DNA of 35,736 nt from Dehalococcoidia bacterium (GTDB taxonomy: Bacteria; Chloroflexota; Dehalococcoidia; E44-bin15): NCBI GenBank assembly GCA_031581405.1, contig JAVLBD010000001.1, forward strand, positions 1-35,736. The letters run 5' to 3'. Position numbers and translations under genes: made by a program. Of the stretch, positions 1 through 9,707 are shown in pieces; positions within the stretch are counted from its first letter, which is position 1; every line of letters starts with the position of its first letter. The notes under the pieces are model-generated. The model worked only from the letters and a program-made list of their open reading frames with translations, searched no databases and had not been told where the DNA came from.

Positions 1-116
1 AGGCAGCAGAAAAGCCCAAGGCAGCAGAAAAGCCCAAGGCAGCAGAAAAGCCCAAGGCAGCAGAAAAGCCCAAGGCAAAGAAAAAGGCTGATTCAGTAGT
101 AGATGAGGAGAATTAG
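1..116 (+). CDS. rpsC: 3' end of a CDS entering from upstream; most likely the C-terminal tail of ribosomal protein uS3
   Basis: Frame 3 is open from position 3 and reads (AAEKPK)x4-AKKKADSVVDEEN, with TAG at 114-116. It lies 30 nt upstream of rplP, the conserved rpsC-rplP-rpmC order. The identity is positional inference, because only a low-complexity tail is visible. Confidence 0.55.
   Translation, partial: AAEKPKAAEKPKAAEKPKAAEKPKAKKKADSVVDEEN
3..74 (+). repeat. Perfect 18-bp tandem repeat (gcagcagaaaagcccaag) x4, in frame, encoding AAEKPK; a fifth copy is cut by the window edge
   Basis: Units at 3-20, 21-38, 39-56 and 57-74 are identical. Positions 1-2 (ag) match the end of a preceding unit. 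Confidence 0.95.
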
Positions 117-145
117 GAACAGCGCGCTGATTAAGAGGTAATATC

Positions 146-580
146 GTGTTACAGCCGAGTAGAGTAAAGTATCGAAAACATCATCGCGGTCGTCGCCGGG
201 GAGTGGCTCAGGCAGGCAATACGCTGTTATTTGGCGAGTTTGGGCTTCAAGCCCAGGGGGCTTGCTGGCTCACATCAAGGCAGATCGAAGCGGCTCGGCG
301 TGCTATTATTCGACATGTGAGGCGTGGTGGAAAGGTTTGGATCCGTGTCTTTCCCGATAAACCGGTAACCTCAAAACCAGCAGAGACGCGCATGGGTAAG
401 GGAAAGGGAGCGGTGGACCATTGGGTTTGTGTAACCAAACCGGGAAGGATTATCTTCGAGATCGCTGGAGTAAGTGAGGAGGCGGCACGTGAATCTATGC
501 GACTGGCTTCCCATAAGCTTCCCATACCAACCAAATTCTTATGTCGGGATACAGAGACCCATTACAGGGAGGATTCATAA
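146..580 (+). CDS. rplP: 50S ribosomal protein uL16
   Basis: GTG start with an AAGAGG SD upstream. The N-terminus [16 protein letters not shown] and the ...RMGKGKG... motif are typical of uL16. Operon position fits. Confidence 0.97.
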   Translation: MLQPSRVKYRKHHRGRRRGVAQAGNTLLFGEFGLQAQGACWLTSRQIEAARRAIIRHVRRGGKVWIRVFPDKPVTSKPAETRMGKGKGAVDHWVCVTKPGRIIFEIAGVSEEAARESMRLASHKLPIPTKFLCRDTETHYREDS

Positions 581-781
581 TTGAGAGTCCAAGAGATTCG
601 CACCTTTGGTTCGATGGAGCTTGAAAACAAGCTTAACGAGTCGTATCGTGAGCTGTTTAATCTTCGATTTCGCCTCTCGACCAGACAACTGGTGAATTAT
701 CACGAGATCGGCAAAGTGAGAAAGAGGATTGCCCGGATAAAGACCGTCATGAGGGAAATAGAACTCTCCACAGAGGAGTAA
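581..781 (+). CDS. rpmC: 50S ribosomal protein uL29
   Basis: TTG start directly after the rplP TAA, with an AGGGAGG SD about 9 nt upstream. The 66-aa product (ELRxxSxxELxxKLxELxxELFNLRF pattern) is uL29-like. Confidence 0.92.
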   Translation: MRVQEIRTFGSMELENKLNESYRELFNLRFRLSTRQLVNYHEIGKVRKRIARIKTVMREIELSTEE

Positions 782-782
782 T

Positions 783-1058
783 ATGGTTACGTTAGCTAAA
801 GAGGATAACAAAAGAAAAACAAGGGTGGGTCGTGTTGTCAGTGACAAGATGGATAAGACTGTGGTGGTGGCGGTAGAATTCTCCAGGCCTCATCGGTTAT
901 ATAAAAAGCGTGTAAGGCGCATCAGTAAATTCAAGGCCCACGATGAGCAAAATACCTGTCATATCGGGGATGTAGTGCGGATAGAGGAAACGCGCCCACT
1001 TTCCAAGGATAAACGATGGAAAGTGATGGATATATTATCTAAAGGTGAATTAAAATGA
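783..1058 (+). CDS. rpsQ: 30S ribosomal protein uS17
   Basis: 91 aa with ...[14 protein letters not shown]...HRLYKK...KFKAHDE...[17 protein letters not shown], the classic uS17 pattern. Confidence 0.95.
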   Translation: MVTLAKEDNKRKTRVGRVVSDKMDKTVVVAVEFSRPHRLYKKRVRRISKFKAHDEQNTCHIGDVVRIEETRPLSKDKRWKVMDILSKGELK

Positions 1059-1423
1059 TTCAGCACATGAGCAGGGTGAGGGTAGCTGATAACACCGGGG
1101 CCAAGAGCATCATGTGCATAAATGTTCCCGGTGGAACTGGAAAGAGATATGCTCGTGTTGGTGATATTATTGTAGCCTCTGTTAAGGAGGCGACGCCGGG
1201 AGGAGTGGTAAAAAGAGGTGAAATAGTGAAGGCTGTAATCGTGCGTACAGCAAAACCCTATCGGCGGCGTGATGGGTCATATATCAAATTCGATGATAAC
1301 GCTGCGGTAATCCTTACCGATAAGAATAATCCTAAAGGAACGCGAATCTTCGGTCCGGTGGCCCATGAGTTAAGGCGAAAGAATTTCATGAAGATACTCT
1401 CTCTGGCTCCAGAGGTGCTATAA
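1055..1423 (+). CDS. rplN: 50S ribosomal protein uL14
   Basis: [17 protein letters not shown]... 122 aa. The ATGA overlap with the rpsQ stop indicates translational coupling. Confidence 0.97.
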   Translation: MIQHMSRVRVADNTGAKSIMCINVPGGTGKRYARVGDIIVASVKEATPGGVVKRGEIVKAVIVRTAKPYRRRDGSYIKFDDNAAVILTDKNNPKGTRIFGPVAHELRRKNFMKILSLAPEVL

Positions 1424-1434
1424 GGTGCTCTAAG

Positions 1435-1746
1435 ATGAAGATAAAAAAAGATGACATAGTAGTCGTTATTGCCGGTAAAGACAAAGGGAAGAAGGGGAAG
1501 GTGCGTCAATCCCTGCATGGTGAGCAGTGTGTAATGGTAGAGGGTGTTAATATAGTAAAGCGCCACACCAAGCCACGAGGAACAGTAAGACAAGCAGGTA
1601 TCATTGAGCGAGAGGCCCCGATTAACATTTCTAACGTAATGCTTCAGTGTCCTAAATGTAATCGTCCTGCGCGTCTCAGCTCTCGAATTATGGAGGATGG
1701 CAGGAAGGCAAGAGTGTGCTGCCAATGCCACGAGGTAATAAGTTAA
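1435..1746 (+). CDS. rplX: 50S ribosomal protein uL24, Zn-ribbon (CxxC...CxxC) form
   Basis: [23 protein letters not shown]... is a KOW motif. The C-terminus carries CPKC...CCQC, as in Thermus-type uL24. Confidence 0.95.
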   Translation: MKIKKDDIVVVIAGKDKGKKGKVRQSLHGEQCVMVEGVNIVKRHTKPRGTVRQAGIIEREAPINISNVMLQCPKCNRPARLSSRIMEDGRKARVCCQCHEVIS

Positions 1747-2303
1747 TGTCGCGATTGAAGGAAAAGTATCAAGAAGAAGTCATCCCTACTATGATGAGAG
1801 ATTACGGCTATAAGAGTGTGATGCAGGTACCTCGCCTGAAGAAAGTTGTTGTTAATATTGGCATGGGGGAGGCAACACAACAAGCCAATATCATAGAGGC
1901 AGCGGAGCGTGACCTGGCTAGCATAACAGGGCAACATCCGGTGATCACTAGGGCGAAGCGACCTATCGCCGGTTTTAAATTACGCAAGGGAATGCCTATC
2001 GGAATTATGGTAACACTGCGCGGAGATCGGATGTATGATTTCTTCGATAAGCTGGTGAGTATTTCCTTGTCACGCCTTCGAGATTTTCAGGGTATATCAA
2101 GAAACTCATTCGATGGCCGAGGTAATTATACGCTGGGACTGAAGGAGCAGATAATATTCCCTGAGATCGAATATGATAAGGTAGACAAGGTACGAGGAAT
2201 GGAGATTTCAGTCGTTACTACGGCTCGTAACAATGATGAAGGCAGAAGGTTTCTCGAACTCATGGGAATGCCGTTCTCACGAGAATCAAGAGCTGATGAA
2301 TAA
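1746..2303 (+). CDS. rplE: 50S ribosomal protein uL5
   Basis: [14 protein letters not shown]...[18 protein letters not shown] is the canonical uL5 N-terminus. I chose the ATG at 1746, which overlaps the rplX TAA, over the ORF-track start at 1716. Confidence 0.94.
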   Translation: MSRLKEKYQEEVIPTMMRDYGYKSVMQVPRLKKVVVNIGMGEATQQANIIEAAERDLASITGQHPVITRAKRPIAGFKLRKGMPIGIMVTLRGDRMYDFFDKLVSISLSRLRDFQGISRNSFDGRGNYTLGLKEQIIFPEIEYDKVDKVRGMEISVVTTARNNDEGRRFLELMGMPFSRESRADE

Positions 2304-2373
2304 TTAGGGGGGTATCGATCAAGCAGCTATGTTCTCTTCGGAGAATGGCAATAAAAGTGAAAAGAGTGAAAGA

Positions 2374-2559
2374 ATGGCGAAGGTATCTAGTATTGTAAAA
2401 GCGCAACGAGTACCAAAGTATAAAGTGCAGAAAAGGAATCGCTGTAGCCTTTGTGGCAGGCCACGAGCCTATATCCGTCAGTTTGGGCTGTGCCGCATAT
2501 GCTTCAGGGAGCTCGCTCTACAGGGACAAATCCCGGGGGTGAGGAAGTCTAGCTGGTAA
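2374..2559 (+). CDS. rpsZ: 30S ribosomal protein uS14, type Z (zinc-binding, 61 aa)
   Basis: [61 protein letters not shown] is the typical 61-aa CxxC...CxxC type-Z S14. The internal ATG at 2374 is preferred over 2329. Confidence 0.93.
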   Translation: MAKVSSIVKAQRVPKYKVQKRNRCSLCGRPRAYIRQFGLCRICFRELALQGQIPGVRKSSW

Positions 2560-2570
2560 GAGGTGAAGCG

Positions 2571-2963
2571 ATGGTAACCGATCCAATTGCCGATATGCTA
2601 ACCAGAATAAGAAATGCTGTTCTGGCTAGGCACGAATTTACCCTCGTACCTTCCTCAAGAATGAAGCTCTCTATTGCTAAAATTCTCAAGGAGGAAGGCT
2701 TCATCAGGGATTACGAGGTTTTAAAAGGCCAGCCACAAAGGGTAATTAAGATATATCTCAAATATGCGGAGAAGGAACCTGTGATCTCCGGGCTTAAGCG
2801 AATATCCAAGCCCGGGTTAAGGATATATGTTCAGCGGAAAGAGATTCCGAGGGTATACGGGGGAACCGGTATAGCTATTATCTCCACCCCAAAAGGGGTG
2901 ATGATAGGCCAGCAGGCATGGCGCCAGGGATTAGGTGGCGAAATGCTTTGCTATGTTTGGTAA
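2571..2963 (+). CDS. rpsH: 30S ribosomal protein uS8
   Basis: [16 protein letters not shown]... is the hallmark uS8 N-terminus; 130 aa. Confidence 0.96.
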   Translation: MVTDPIADMLTRIRNAVLARHEFTLVPSSRMKLSIAKILKEEGFIRDYEVLKGQPQRVIKIYLKYAEKEPVISGLKRISKPGLRIYVQRKEIPRVYGGTGIAIISTPKGVMIGQQAWRQGLGGEMLCYVW

Positions 2964-2974
2964 CGGAGGAGTTA

Positions 2975-3526
2975 ATGTCTCGTATTGGAAAGATGCCTAT
3001 TCCATTACCTCCACAGGTTGAGGTTGACATAAAGGGAAACACGGTACGGGTAAAGGGTCCCAATGGGGAACTTTTACGCTCGTTTGACCCGGCGATGGAT
3101 ATTACATTAAATGAAGGTGTGCTTACTGTATCTCGACATAGCGATAACCGGATTCACCGCTCGCTTCACGGGCTGACGCGAAGCCTTCTAGCCAATATGG
3201 TGGAGGGGGTGAGTAAGGGGTTTCAGAAGAATCTGGAAATTGTTGGTGTCGGATATCGCGCCCAAAAAGTCGGGGAGAAAGTAGTGCTTCAGGTGGGCTA
3301 TTCACAGCATGTAGAGATTATCACTCCTGTCGGGGTATCTGTTGTCGTTCCGGAGGCGCAACGGATAAGCGTTCAGGGTATTGATAAGCAAATGGTAGGG
3401 GATGTAGCAGCGAAAATTCGTGCTGTAAGACCTCCAGATCACTATAAAGGCAAGGGAATAAGATATGCCGGTGAGAAGGTTCGTATCAAGCCGGGTAAAT
3501 CAGGGAAGGTTGGAGCCAAGAGGTAA
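2975..3526 (+). CDS. rplF: 50S ribosomal protein uL6
   Basis: [33 protein letters not shown] is the canonical uL6 start, with a GGAGG SD upstream of the ATG at 2975. The ORF-track start at 2918 overlaps rpsH and is rejected. Confidence 0.95.
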   Translation: MSRIGKMPIPLPPQVEVDIKGNTVRVKGPNGELLRSFDPAMDITLNEGVLTVSRHSDNRIHRSLHGLTRSLLANMVEGVSKGFQKNLEIVGVGYRAQKVGEKVVLQVGYSQHVEIITPVGVSVVVPEAQRISVQGIDKQMVGDVAAKIRAVRPPDHYKGKGIRYAGEKVRIKPGKSGKVGAKR

Positions 3527-3891
3527 TGCGCAGAAAAGACACCAAAACAACCAGACAAAGATTACATGCCCGGGTGAGAAGGAAGGTTTCAGGCACGGCG
3601 GAACGCCCACGACTATGTGTTTATCGTAGCCTGAACCATATTTATGCCCAGGTGGTAGACGATAACCTGGATTGCACTATAATCTCAGCGTCGACTCTAG
3701 AGCCAGGTGTGAGGTCTGAGGTGAAGGGGGAGAAGAAAGTGGCAGCTGCAGCGCTTATAGGGAAAATGGTAGCCAGTCGGGCAATAGAGAGGGGAATAGT
3801 AGGGGTGGTGTTTGACAGAGGCGGATACAAGTATCACGGTCGAGTAAAAGCTTTGGCAGAGGCTGCCAGAGAGGGAGGCTTGGTTTTTTAG
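3526..3891 (+). CDS. rplR: 50S ribosomal protein uL18
   Basis: Contains ...[18 protein letters not shown]...[25 protein letters not shown]. The ATG overlaps the rplF TAA. Confidence 0.95.
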   Translation: MRRKDTKTTRQRLHARVRRKVSGTAERPRLCVYRSLNHIYAQVVDDNLDCTIISASTLEPGVRSEVKGEKKVAAAALIGKMVASRAIERGIVGVVFDRGGYKYHGRVKALAEAAREGGLVF

Positions 3892-4398
3892 ATGGAGGGT
3901 ATCGATTATAACGAGTTAACCCTGAACGAGAAACTTGTTGACATTAGGCGTGTAGCCAAAGTGGTAAAAGGAGGCAGGCGTTTCAGTTTCACTGCTCTGG
4001 TGGTCGTCGGCGATGGTCATGGGCGTGTGGGTGCTGGATTGGGGAGAGCCAAGGAGATACCAGAAGCTATTAGAAAGGGAGGAGCTATCGCCCGCAAGCA
4101 ACTGGTAAGCGTGGCAATGAAAGATGGCACCATACCTTATAAGTTTGTCGCTAAATCGGGGGCTGCGAAGGTGCTACTAAAGCCAGCAGCGCCAGGCACA
4201 GGGTTGATTGCTGGTGGTGGGGTACGCGTGGTATTAGAGCTTGCCGGTATTACTGATATCCTCACTAAAAGCCAAGGGACCGATAATAAAATAAACGTAG
4301 TGCGAGCGACCATACTGGGATTAAGTCAGATAAGGGATCCTCAGCAAATTTTAGCCAGGCGGAAGTCAAAGCCTCTAGGGGAGGAAACCATTGGATAA
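3892..4398 (+). CDS. rpsE: 30S ribosomal protein uS5
   Basis: Contains ...[46 protein letters not shown]...; 168 aa. Confidence 0.96.
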   Translation: MEGIDYNELTLNEKLVDIRRVAKVVKGGRRFSFTALVVVGDGHGRVGAGLGRAKEIPEAIRKGGAIARKQLVSVAMKDGTIPYKFVAKSGAAKVLLKPAAPGTGLIAGGGVRVVLELAGITDILTKSQGTDNKINVVRATILGLSQIRDPQQILARRKSKPLGEETIG

Positions 4399-4582
4399 GC
4401 TGATAGTCACCTGGGTTAGAAGCGGCATTGGTCACCCTCAGGATCAGAAGCGAACGCTTCAGGCCTTGGGATTTCGTCGACTAAACCAGACTGTTGAGCA
4501 TAATGATTCGCCATCCATTCGAGGCATGATTATGAAGGTAAAGCATCTAGTAACCGTGGAGGAGAACGGTGAAACAGCATGA
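4391..4582 (+). CDS. rpmD: 50S ribosomal protein uL30
   Basis: TTG start. [37 protein letters not shown] matches the uL30 pattern (ITxxRSxIGxxxxxxxTLxxLGL). Confidence 0.9.
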   Translation: MDKLIVTWVRSGIGHPQDQKRTLQALGFRRLNQTVEHNDSPSIRGMIMKVKHLVTVEENGETA

Positions 4583-5039
4583 ACTAGCCCCATCAATAGG
4601 GGCAAAGCATAAACGAAAGCGAATAGGACGGGGACTTGGAAGCGGTCATGGCAGGACTGCGGGAAAAGGTTCCAAAGGGCAGTTAGCGCGTGCTGGGCGT
4701 CATATTCGTCCTGGTTTTGAGGGTGGCCAAAACCCTTTGATCAAACGCTTGCCTGAGAAGCGGGGCTTCACCAATATCTTCAGAGTAGAGTATGACACCA
4801 TCAATATTACAGTCCTTAATCGATTTGAGGCGGATAGCGAGGTAACACCACAGCGGTTTGTGGATGAGGGGCTGGTAAAATCCTTGAAGAAACCGATAAA
4901 GATTCTAGGCAATGGTGAACTCCTAAAACCCCTTACGGTGAGTGCGCATAAATTTACGCAAACGGCAAGGAGTAAAATCGAGGCAGCCGGGGGAATAGTA
5001 GAGGAAATCAATAGTGAGTCAGGAACGAAGAGACACTAG
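4569..5039 (+). CDS. rplO: 50S ribosomal protein uL15
   Basis: GTG start. [38 protein letters not shown] is typical of uL15. Confidence 0.94.
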   Translation: MKQHELAPSIGAKHKRKRIGRGLGSGHGRTAGKGSKGQLARAGRHIRPGFEGGQNPLIKRLPEKRGFTNIFRVEYDTINITVLNRFEADSEVTPQRFVDEGLVKSLKKPIKILGNGELLKPLTVSAHKFTQTARSKIEAAGGIVEEINSESGTKRH

Positions 5040-6360
5040 ACCTAAATTACTTCAGGCGATGATCGACGCCTTTGGTCAGGTTGACCTGAGGAAGAAGATA
5101 CTGATCACCCTGGGTATTCTGGTCATTTTCCGGTTCGTTGCCCACGTCCCTGTACCCGGTGCGGATCTTGAGGCTATGCGCGACTTCCTTTCAGGTGGCA
5201 GTAGTGCAGGATCACTGGTGGGGATGTTGGATCTCTTTAGCGGCGGGGCGATGAGGAATATGAGTATAGCTGCTCTAGGGGTTTATCCGTACATAACTGC
5301 ACTTATTCTCATGCAGCTACTAGTACCCATAATCCCTCGTCTTCAGGCGATTGCACGGGAAGGTGATGCTGGGAGGGCGAGAATTAACCAATACACCCAC
5401 TGGCTAACCGTGCCCTTGGCGGTGCTACAGGGTTACGCCCAGATGATATTGCTACAGAGTCAGGGCATCTTCCCACCCGGTAGTATCGGTCTATCTGGTG
5501 ATGCACTACTTCCAACTGTTACGATGATATTGGCGATGACCGTAGGGACGATGTTCCTTGTATGGCTTGGGGAATTGATTACCGAGTATGGTATCGGTAA
5601 TGGTGTGTCGCTGATAATTTTTGCCGGCATCGTCAGTACCCTGCCAGTGATGATACAGCAAGGCTATCTGGCCCAAGGGGCCGGGGACCTGTGGGGGTTA
5701 GCCATTTTCATCGCTCTGGCGCTGGCTATTCTAGTTACAATAGTTATCTTTACAGAGGCTCATCGACGCATTCCGGTGCAGTATGCCAAGAGCCTGTATC
5801 GCGGTGGTAAAATGTATCGGCAATCCGGTGGGACACATATACCAATTAGGGTAAACTCGGCGGGAATGATCCCAGTGATCTTCGCTATGGCGATGCTGAT
5901 CTTCCCTGGGGTCGTTGCTAGCTATTTCGCGGCTCCAGCTGGTAGTGATCCTAATTTTGCTAACACTATCCAGAATCTGTTCCAATCGGGCAGCGGGTTT
6001 TACTGGGCAATGTACTTTTTCATGGTGTTGGGTTTTACATTCTTCTATGCCATGATAGTCTTTCAACAACAAAATTTGGGGGAGACCTTGCAGAGGCAGG
6101 GAGCTTTCGTGCCCGGAATTCGTCCTGGCAAGACTACGCAGCAATACCTAAACCGGGTCATTACGAGGATAACTTGGGGTGGCGCATTGTTCCTGGCTTT
6201 TGTAGCTATCTCGCCATTCCTTGTTCAGAATATTACTGGCGTGGCAGTTCTGACATTACCGGCAATCGGTATGCTTATTGTGGTCGGAGTGGCGCTGGAT
6301 ACGATGAGGCAACTGGAGGCTCAACTAATGATGCGCCGCTATGAAGGTTTTCTCAAGTAG
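5014..6360 (+). CDS. secY: Preprotein translocase subunit SecY
   Basis: 448-aa polytopic membrane protein in the conserved position after rplO, with ...RFVAHVPVPG..., ...GVYPYITA.I..QLL... and ...GNGVSLIIFAGIV.... The exact start (GTG at 5014 versus a downstream ATG) is uncertain. Confidence 0.94.
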   Translation: MSQERRDTRPKLLQAMIDAFGQVDLRKKILITLGILVIFRFVAHVPVPGADLEAMRDFLSGGSSAGSLVGMLDLFSGGAMRNMSIAALGVYPYITALILMQLLVPIIPRLQAIAREGDAGRARINQYTHWLTVPLAVLQGYAQMILLQSQGIFPPGSIGLSGDALLPTVTMILAMTVGTMFLVWLGELITEYGIGNGVSLIIFAGIVSTLPVMIQQGYLAQGAGDLWGLAIFIALALAILVTIVIFTEAHRRIPVQYAKSLYRGGKMYRQSGGTHIPIRVNSAGMIPVIFAMAMLIFPGVVASYFAAPAGSDPNFANTIQNLFQSGSGFYWAMYFFMVLGFTFFYAMIVFQQQNLGETLQRQGAFVPGIRPGKTTQQYLNRVITRITWGGALFLAFVAISPFLVQNITGVAVLTLPAIGMLIVVGVALDTMRQLEAQLMMRRYEGFLK

Positions 6361-6372
6361 GGAGGGTTTTGT

Positions 6373-7014
6373 ATGCGTTCTGTACTTCTAGGTGCACCGG
6401 GCTCGGGGAAGGGGACTCAAGCAGGAATAATTTCTAAGAGGCTGGGCTTTTCTCATATCGCGTCCGGCGATCTATTTCGGGAAGCAGCAAGCAGGGGGGA
6501 TGATGTGGGGAATCAAGCGAAATCTTACATGGAGAAAGGGCTTCTGGTTCCTGATGAGATAACAATCCGGATGATACTGGAGCGCATCGCTGCTCCGGAC
6601 TGCGCCAAAGGATTTATCCTCGATGGCTTCCCCAGAACGCTGGAGCAGGCAAAGGCCCTGGATACAGCGATGGCAGAAAAGGGCGAAGCTATTGATCTGG
6701 TATTGTATATCAAGGTTGGCACCGAGGAATTGGTTAGGCGCTTGAGCGGCCGATTTATCTGTCGAAGCTGCCAGACACCATATCATATAGTTTTCTCACC
6801 GTCGAAAGTAGAGGGTAAGTGTGACAAGTGCGACGGCGAGCTTTATCAGCGAGCTGATGACGTACCAGATACGGTAAGAAAACGAATTGATGTCTACTTG
6901 GATAAGACGGCACCGCTCATTAATTACTATTCTGAAGCGGGTAAGTTGATTGAAATCAATGGAGAAGGGGAGATCAGCGAAATCGGCGAAAGCCTTATCA
7001 AAGCCTTATCGTAA
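6373..7014 (+). CDS. adk: Adenylate kinase with Cys4 zinc LID
   Basis: P-loop GAPGSGKGTQ and a LID domain with CRSC...CDKC; 213 aa. Confidence 0.96.
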   Translation: MRSVLLGAPGSGKGTQAGIISKRLGFSHIASGDLFREAASRGDDVGNQAKSYMEKGLLVPDEITIRMILERIAAPDCAKGFILDGFPRTLEQAKALDTAMAEKGEAIDLVLYIKVGTEELVRRLSGRFICRSCQTPYHIVFSPSKVEGKCDKCDGELYQRADDVPDTVRKRIDVYLDKTAPLINYYSEAGKLIEINGEGEISEIGESLIKALS

Positions 7015-7021
7015 GAAAGAA

Positions 7022-7774
7022 ATGGGAATAGTCGTTAAATCGCCACAGGAGATAGAGATTATGCGACAGGCGGGGAGGATTGTGGCTGCTATCCTGGATG
7101 TATTGAAGAAAAGGATTCAGCCTGGTATTATCACTCAGGAATTGGATACTATAACGGTTCACGAATTAAGCCGACATGGTGCTGAATCATCATTCAAAGG
7201 CTACCGGGGCTTCCCCTCCCATTTGTGTGTATCCGTTAATGAGGAACTCGTCCATGGTATCCCAGGAAAGCGTATGCTTAAAGATGGAGATATTGTTTCT
7301 TTGGATGTAGGTGCAGTGTTTAACGGCTTTCATAGCGATGCTGCAATCACTGTGGGAGTGGGTACTATCAGCGGCCAGGCTGAGGCTCTTCTGGAGGCAA
7401 CCGATGGTGCTTTGAACGCAGGGATAGCGAGCGCTCGATGCGGTGCTCATTTGGGAGATGTTTCAGCGGCGATACAATCATTTGCGGAATCGCTAGGGTT
7501 CTCTGTAGTGCGGGAATATGTAGGTCATGGCATAGGCCACCAGATGCACGAAGACCCTCAAATACCAAATTTCGGTTCTGCGGGACAAGGACCGATTCTT
7601 CGAAAAGGGATGGCGTTGGCCTTAGAACCTATGGTTAATGCTGGAGATTGGCCTACCAAAGTGGCAAACGATGGGTGGACAGTCACTACCGCTGACGGCA
7701 GCCTCTGCGCACATTTCGAAGATACTATTGCAATAAGCGATGGTGAGGCTGAGATACTCACCAGGATTCGTTAA
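7022..7774 (+). CDS. map: Methionine aminopeptidase, type I
   Basis: MGIVVKSPQEIEIMRQAGRIVA..., plus the metal-ligand motifs D..DVGA, HGIGHQMHEDP and LEPM. The ATG at 7022 is preferred to the 6950 ORF start, which overlaps adk. Confidence 0.95.
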   Translation: MGIVVKSPQEIEIMRQAGRIVAAILDVLKKRIQPGIITQELDTITVHELSRHGAESSFKGYRGFPSHLCVSVNEELVHGIPGKRMLKDGDIVSLDVGAVFNGFHSDAAITVGVGTISGQAEALLEATDGALNAGIASARCGAHLGDVSAAIQSFAESLGFSVVREYVGHGIGHQMHEDPQIPNFGSAGQGPILRKGMALALEPMVNAGDWPTKVANDGWTVTTADGSLCAHFEDTIAISDGEAEILTRIR

Positions 7775-7783
7775 GCGTAGGAT

Positions 7784-8002
7784 ATGTCAAAAAAGGAAGC
7801 TATAGAGGTCGAGGGAAAGGTGATTGAGCCTCTCCCCAACACGATGTTTCGTGTTGAACTGGCCAACGGGCACAAGGTACTTGCACATATTTCAGGGAAG
7901 ATGAGGATACATTATATTAAGATCCTTCCAGGCGATAAGGTATTAGTGGAACTTTCCCCCTATGACCTAACCAGAGGTAGGATAACTTATCGTTTTAGAT
8001 AG
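7784..8002 (+). CDS. infA: Translation initiation factor IF-1
   Basis: [41 protein letters not shown]...; 72-aa S1-like fold. Confidence 0.97.
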   Translation: MSKKEAIEVEGKVIEPLPNTMFRVELANGHKVLAHISGKMRIHYIKILPGDKVLVELSPYDLTRGRITYRFR

Positions 8003-8029
8003 ATTTATGTACGACATTAGGAGCTAAAT

Positions 8030-8143
8030 ATGAAGGTTCAGGCTTCAGTTAAGCGGCGATGTGATAAATGTAAGGTGGTGAAGCGCAGGGGTGTGGTTAG
8101 GGTAATCTGTGAGAATCCCAGACATAAGCAACGGCAGGGTTAG
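8030..8143 (+). CDS. rpmJ: 50S ribosomal protein bL36 (zinc form), below the ORF-track size cut-off
   Basis: Hand translation gives [37 protein letters not shown], with a GGAG SD upstream. It sits in the conserved infA-rpmJ-rpsM position. Confidence 0.93.
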   Translation: MKVQASVKRRCDKCKVVKRRGVVRVICENPRHKQRQG

Positions 8144-8203
8144 TACGTCTTGCGGTTGTAGTAGAAGTTAAGAAAAGAGGGGCGAAACGAAAAGGACGGA
8201 ACG

Positions 8204-8587
8204 ATGGCAAGGATAGCAGGCGTAGACCTCCCCAAGAACAAACGTGTCGAGATTGGATTATGCGCCATATATGGAATTGGACGACACACAAGCCAGAAAA
8301 TATTGGTGCAAACTGGAATCGACCCTGATACGAAGGTTAGTGATCTCAGTGAAGGGGAGGTGAGCCAGATTAGGGAAGCTATCGATCATGAATATGAGGT
8401 AGAAGGGGAACTAAGGCGTAAGGTCAATCTCAATATTAAGAGACTCATCGAGATCGGTAGCTATCGTGGTATCAGGCATCGCCGTGGGTTGCCTGTTCAT
8501 GGGCAGCGCACTAAAACCAATGCTCGGTCTAGAAAAGGTACCCGCAAAACTGTTGCGGGGCGCCGCCGATCCATAACAAGGAAGTAA
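8204..8587 (+). CDS. rpsM: 30S ribosomal protein uS13
   Basis: [26 protein letters not shown]... is the canonical uS13 N-terminus. Confidence 0.96.
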   Translation: MARIAGVDLPKNKRVEIGLCAIYGIGRHTSQKILVQTGIDPDTKVSDLSEGEVSQIREAIDHEYEVEGELRRKVNLNIKRLIEIGSYRGIRHRRGLPVHGQRTKTNARSRKGTRKTVAGRRRSITRK

Positions 8588-8596
8588 AGAAGGGCT

Positions 8597-8992
8597 ATGG
8601 CAGATAAGAAGAAAGTAACACGAATAAAAAAAAGAGAAAGAAAGGCCGTTCAAAAAGGGCGTGCCTATATCCAATCCACGTTCAATAATACCGTCATCAC
8701 CCTTACAGATGTCTCGGGCAATGCCATTGCCTGGGGGAGTTCAGGTACCGCTGGTTTTAAAGGATCGCGTAAGGGAACCCCCTATGCGGCGCAGCTTGCT
8801 GCAGAACAGACTGCAAGGAAAGGGATGGAGCATGGACTAAGGCAGGTTGAGGTCTATGTGAAGGGGCCGGGGAGCGGGCGTGAAGCGGCTATCCGTTCTC
8901 TACAATCAGCGGGACTCACAGTCACGGGAATCAGGGATGTAACTCCTATTCCTCACAACGGCTGCCGTCCGAGAAAGCGAAGGAGGGTATGA
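8597..8992 (+). CDS. rpsK: 30S ribosomal protein uS11
   Basis: Contains ...[46 protein letters not shown].... Confidence 0.96.
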   Translation: MADKKKVTRIKKRERKAVQKGRAYIQSTFNNTVITLTDVSGNAIAWGSSGTAGFKGSRKGTPYAAQLAAEQTARKGMEHGLRQVEVYVKGPGSGREAAIRSLQSAGLTVTGIRDVTPIPHNGCRPRKRRRV

Positions 8993-9062
8993 GTAGAACA
9001 TTCATGGTGATGGCTACGCGATGGCCTTTGATCACATCGGTGAGAAAGAGTGAGGTTGTAAA

Positions 9063-9689
9063 TTGGCTCGCTATATAGGACCGGCCTGTCGGCTTTGCCG
9101 GCGGCAGAGTGAGAAACTTATGTTAAAAGGGGAGCGGTGCACCGGTAGAAAGTGCGCTGTAGATCAACGTAGTCTACCCCCAGGGCGGGGGCGACCCCAG
9201 CGCCGGAAAATATCTGATCGCGCTCTCCAACTAAGGGAGAAACAGAAGGCGAGACATACCTATGGAGTGATGGAAAGGCAGTTTCGCAAGCATTTTGCTG
9301 AGGCTGGGAAGAGACCCGGGCTCACCGGCGAAAACATGCTCCAGATTTTGGAGATGAGGCTCGATAACGTGGTCTTTCGACTTGGCTTTGCCGATTCTAG
9401 AAGACAAGCTCGACAAATAGTATGCCATGGGCATATTAATTTGAATGGGCGCAAAACGGATATACCCTCATGCATAGTTAAGGTAGGTGATGTAATAGCG
9501 TGGCAGGAAAGGGGTACCAGAACGAAATACTATGAGATAATGACTGAACAGATCCCGGGTAAGATAGTTCCTGAGTGGCTTAGCCTGGATAATGACAAGC
9601 TCTCAGGTCGCGTTATGGCACCCCCTAACCGCAATGAAATCGATCATAAGATAGATGAGAAGGTAATCGTTGAGTATTATTCGCGATAA
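9063..9689 (+). CDS. rpsD: 30S ribosomal protein uS4 (Cys-containing N-terminal Zn-type motif)
   Basis: TTG start. MARYIGPACRLCRRQSEKLMLKGERCTGRKC... followed by an S4 RNA-binding domain. Confidence 0.95.
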   Translation: MARYIGPACRLCRRQSEKLMLKGERCTGRKCAVDQRSLPPGRGRPQRRKISDRALQLREKQKARHTYGVMERQFRKHFAEAGKRPGLTGENMLQILEMRLDNVVFRLGFADSRRQARQIVCHGHINLNGRKTDIPSCIVKVGDVIAWQERGTRTKYYEIMTEQIPGKIVPEWLSLDNDKLSGRVMAPPNRNEIDHKIDEKVIVEYYSR

Positions 9690-9707
9690 TTTATTGGAGG
9701 TAGCCAC

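Noticed and set aside
1-74. Regular 18-bp repeats at the window edge that could be mistaken for a CRISPR-like array or a satellite
   Set aside because: The units are directly adjacent with no spacers. They are in frame with an open reading frame that ends at 116 and encode a coherent AAEKPK peptide repeat, so this is a coding tandem repeat.
1716-1745. Upstream in-frame starts offered by the ORF track for rplE (1716), rpsZ (2329), rplF (2918), map (6950), mtnA (25265) and apt (26129)
   Set aside because: The extensions overlap the preceding gene or add non-conserved N-termini. In each case an internal ATG reproduces the canonical family N-terminus and has a better-placed SD.
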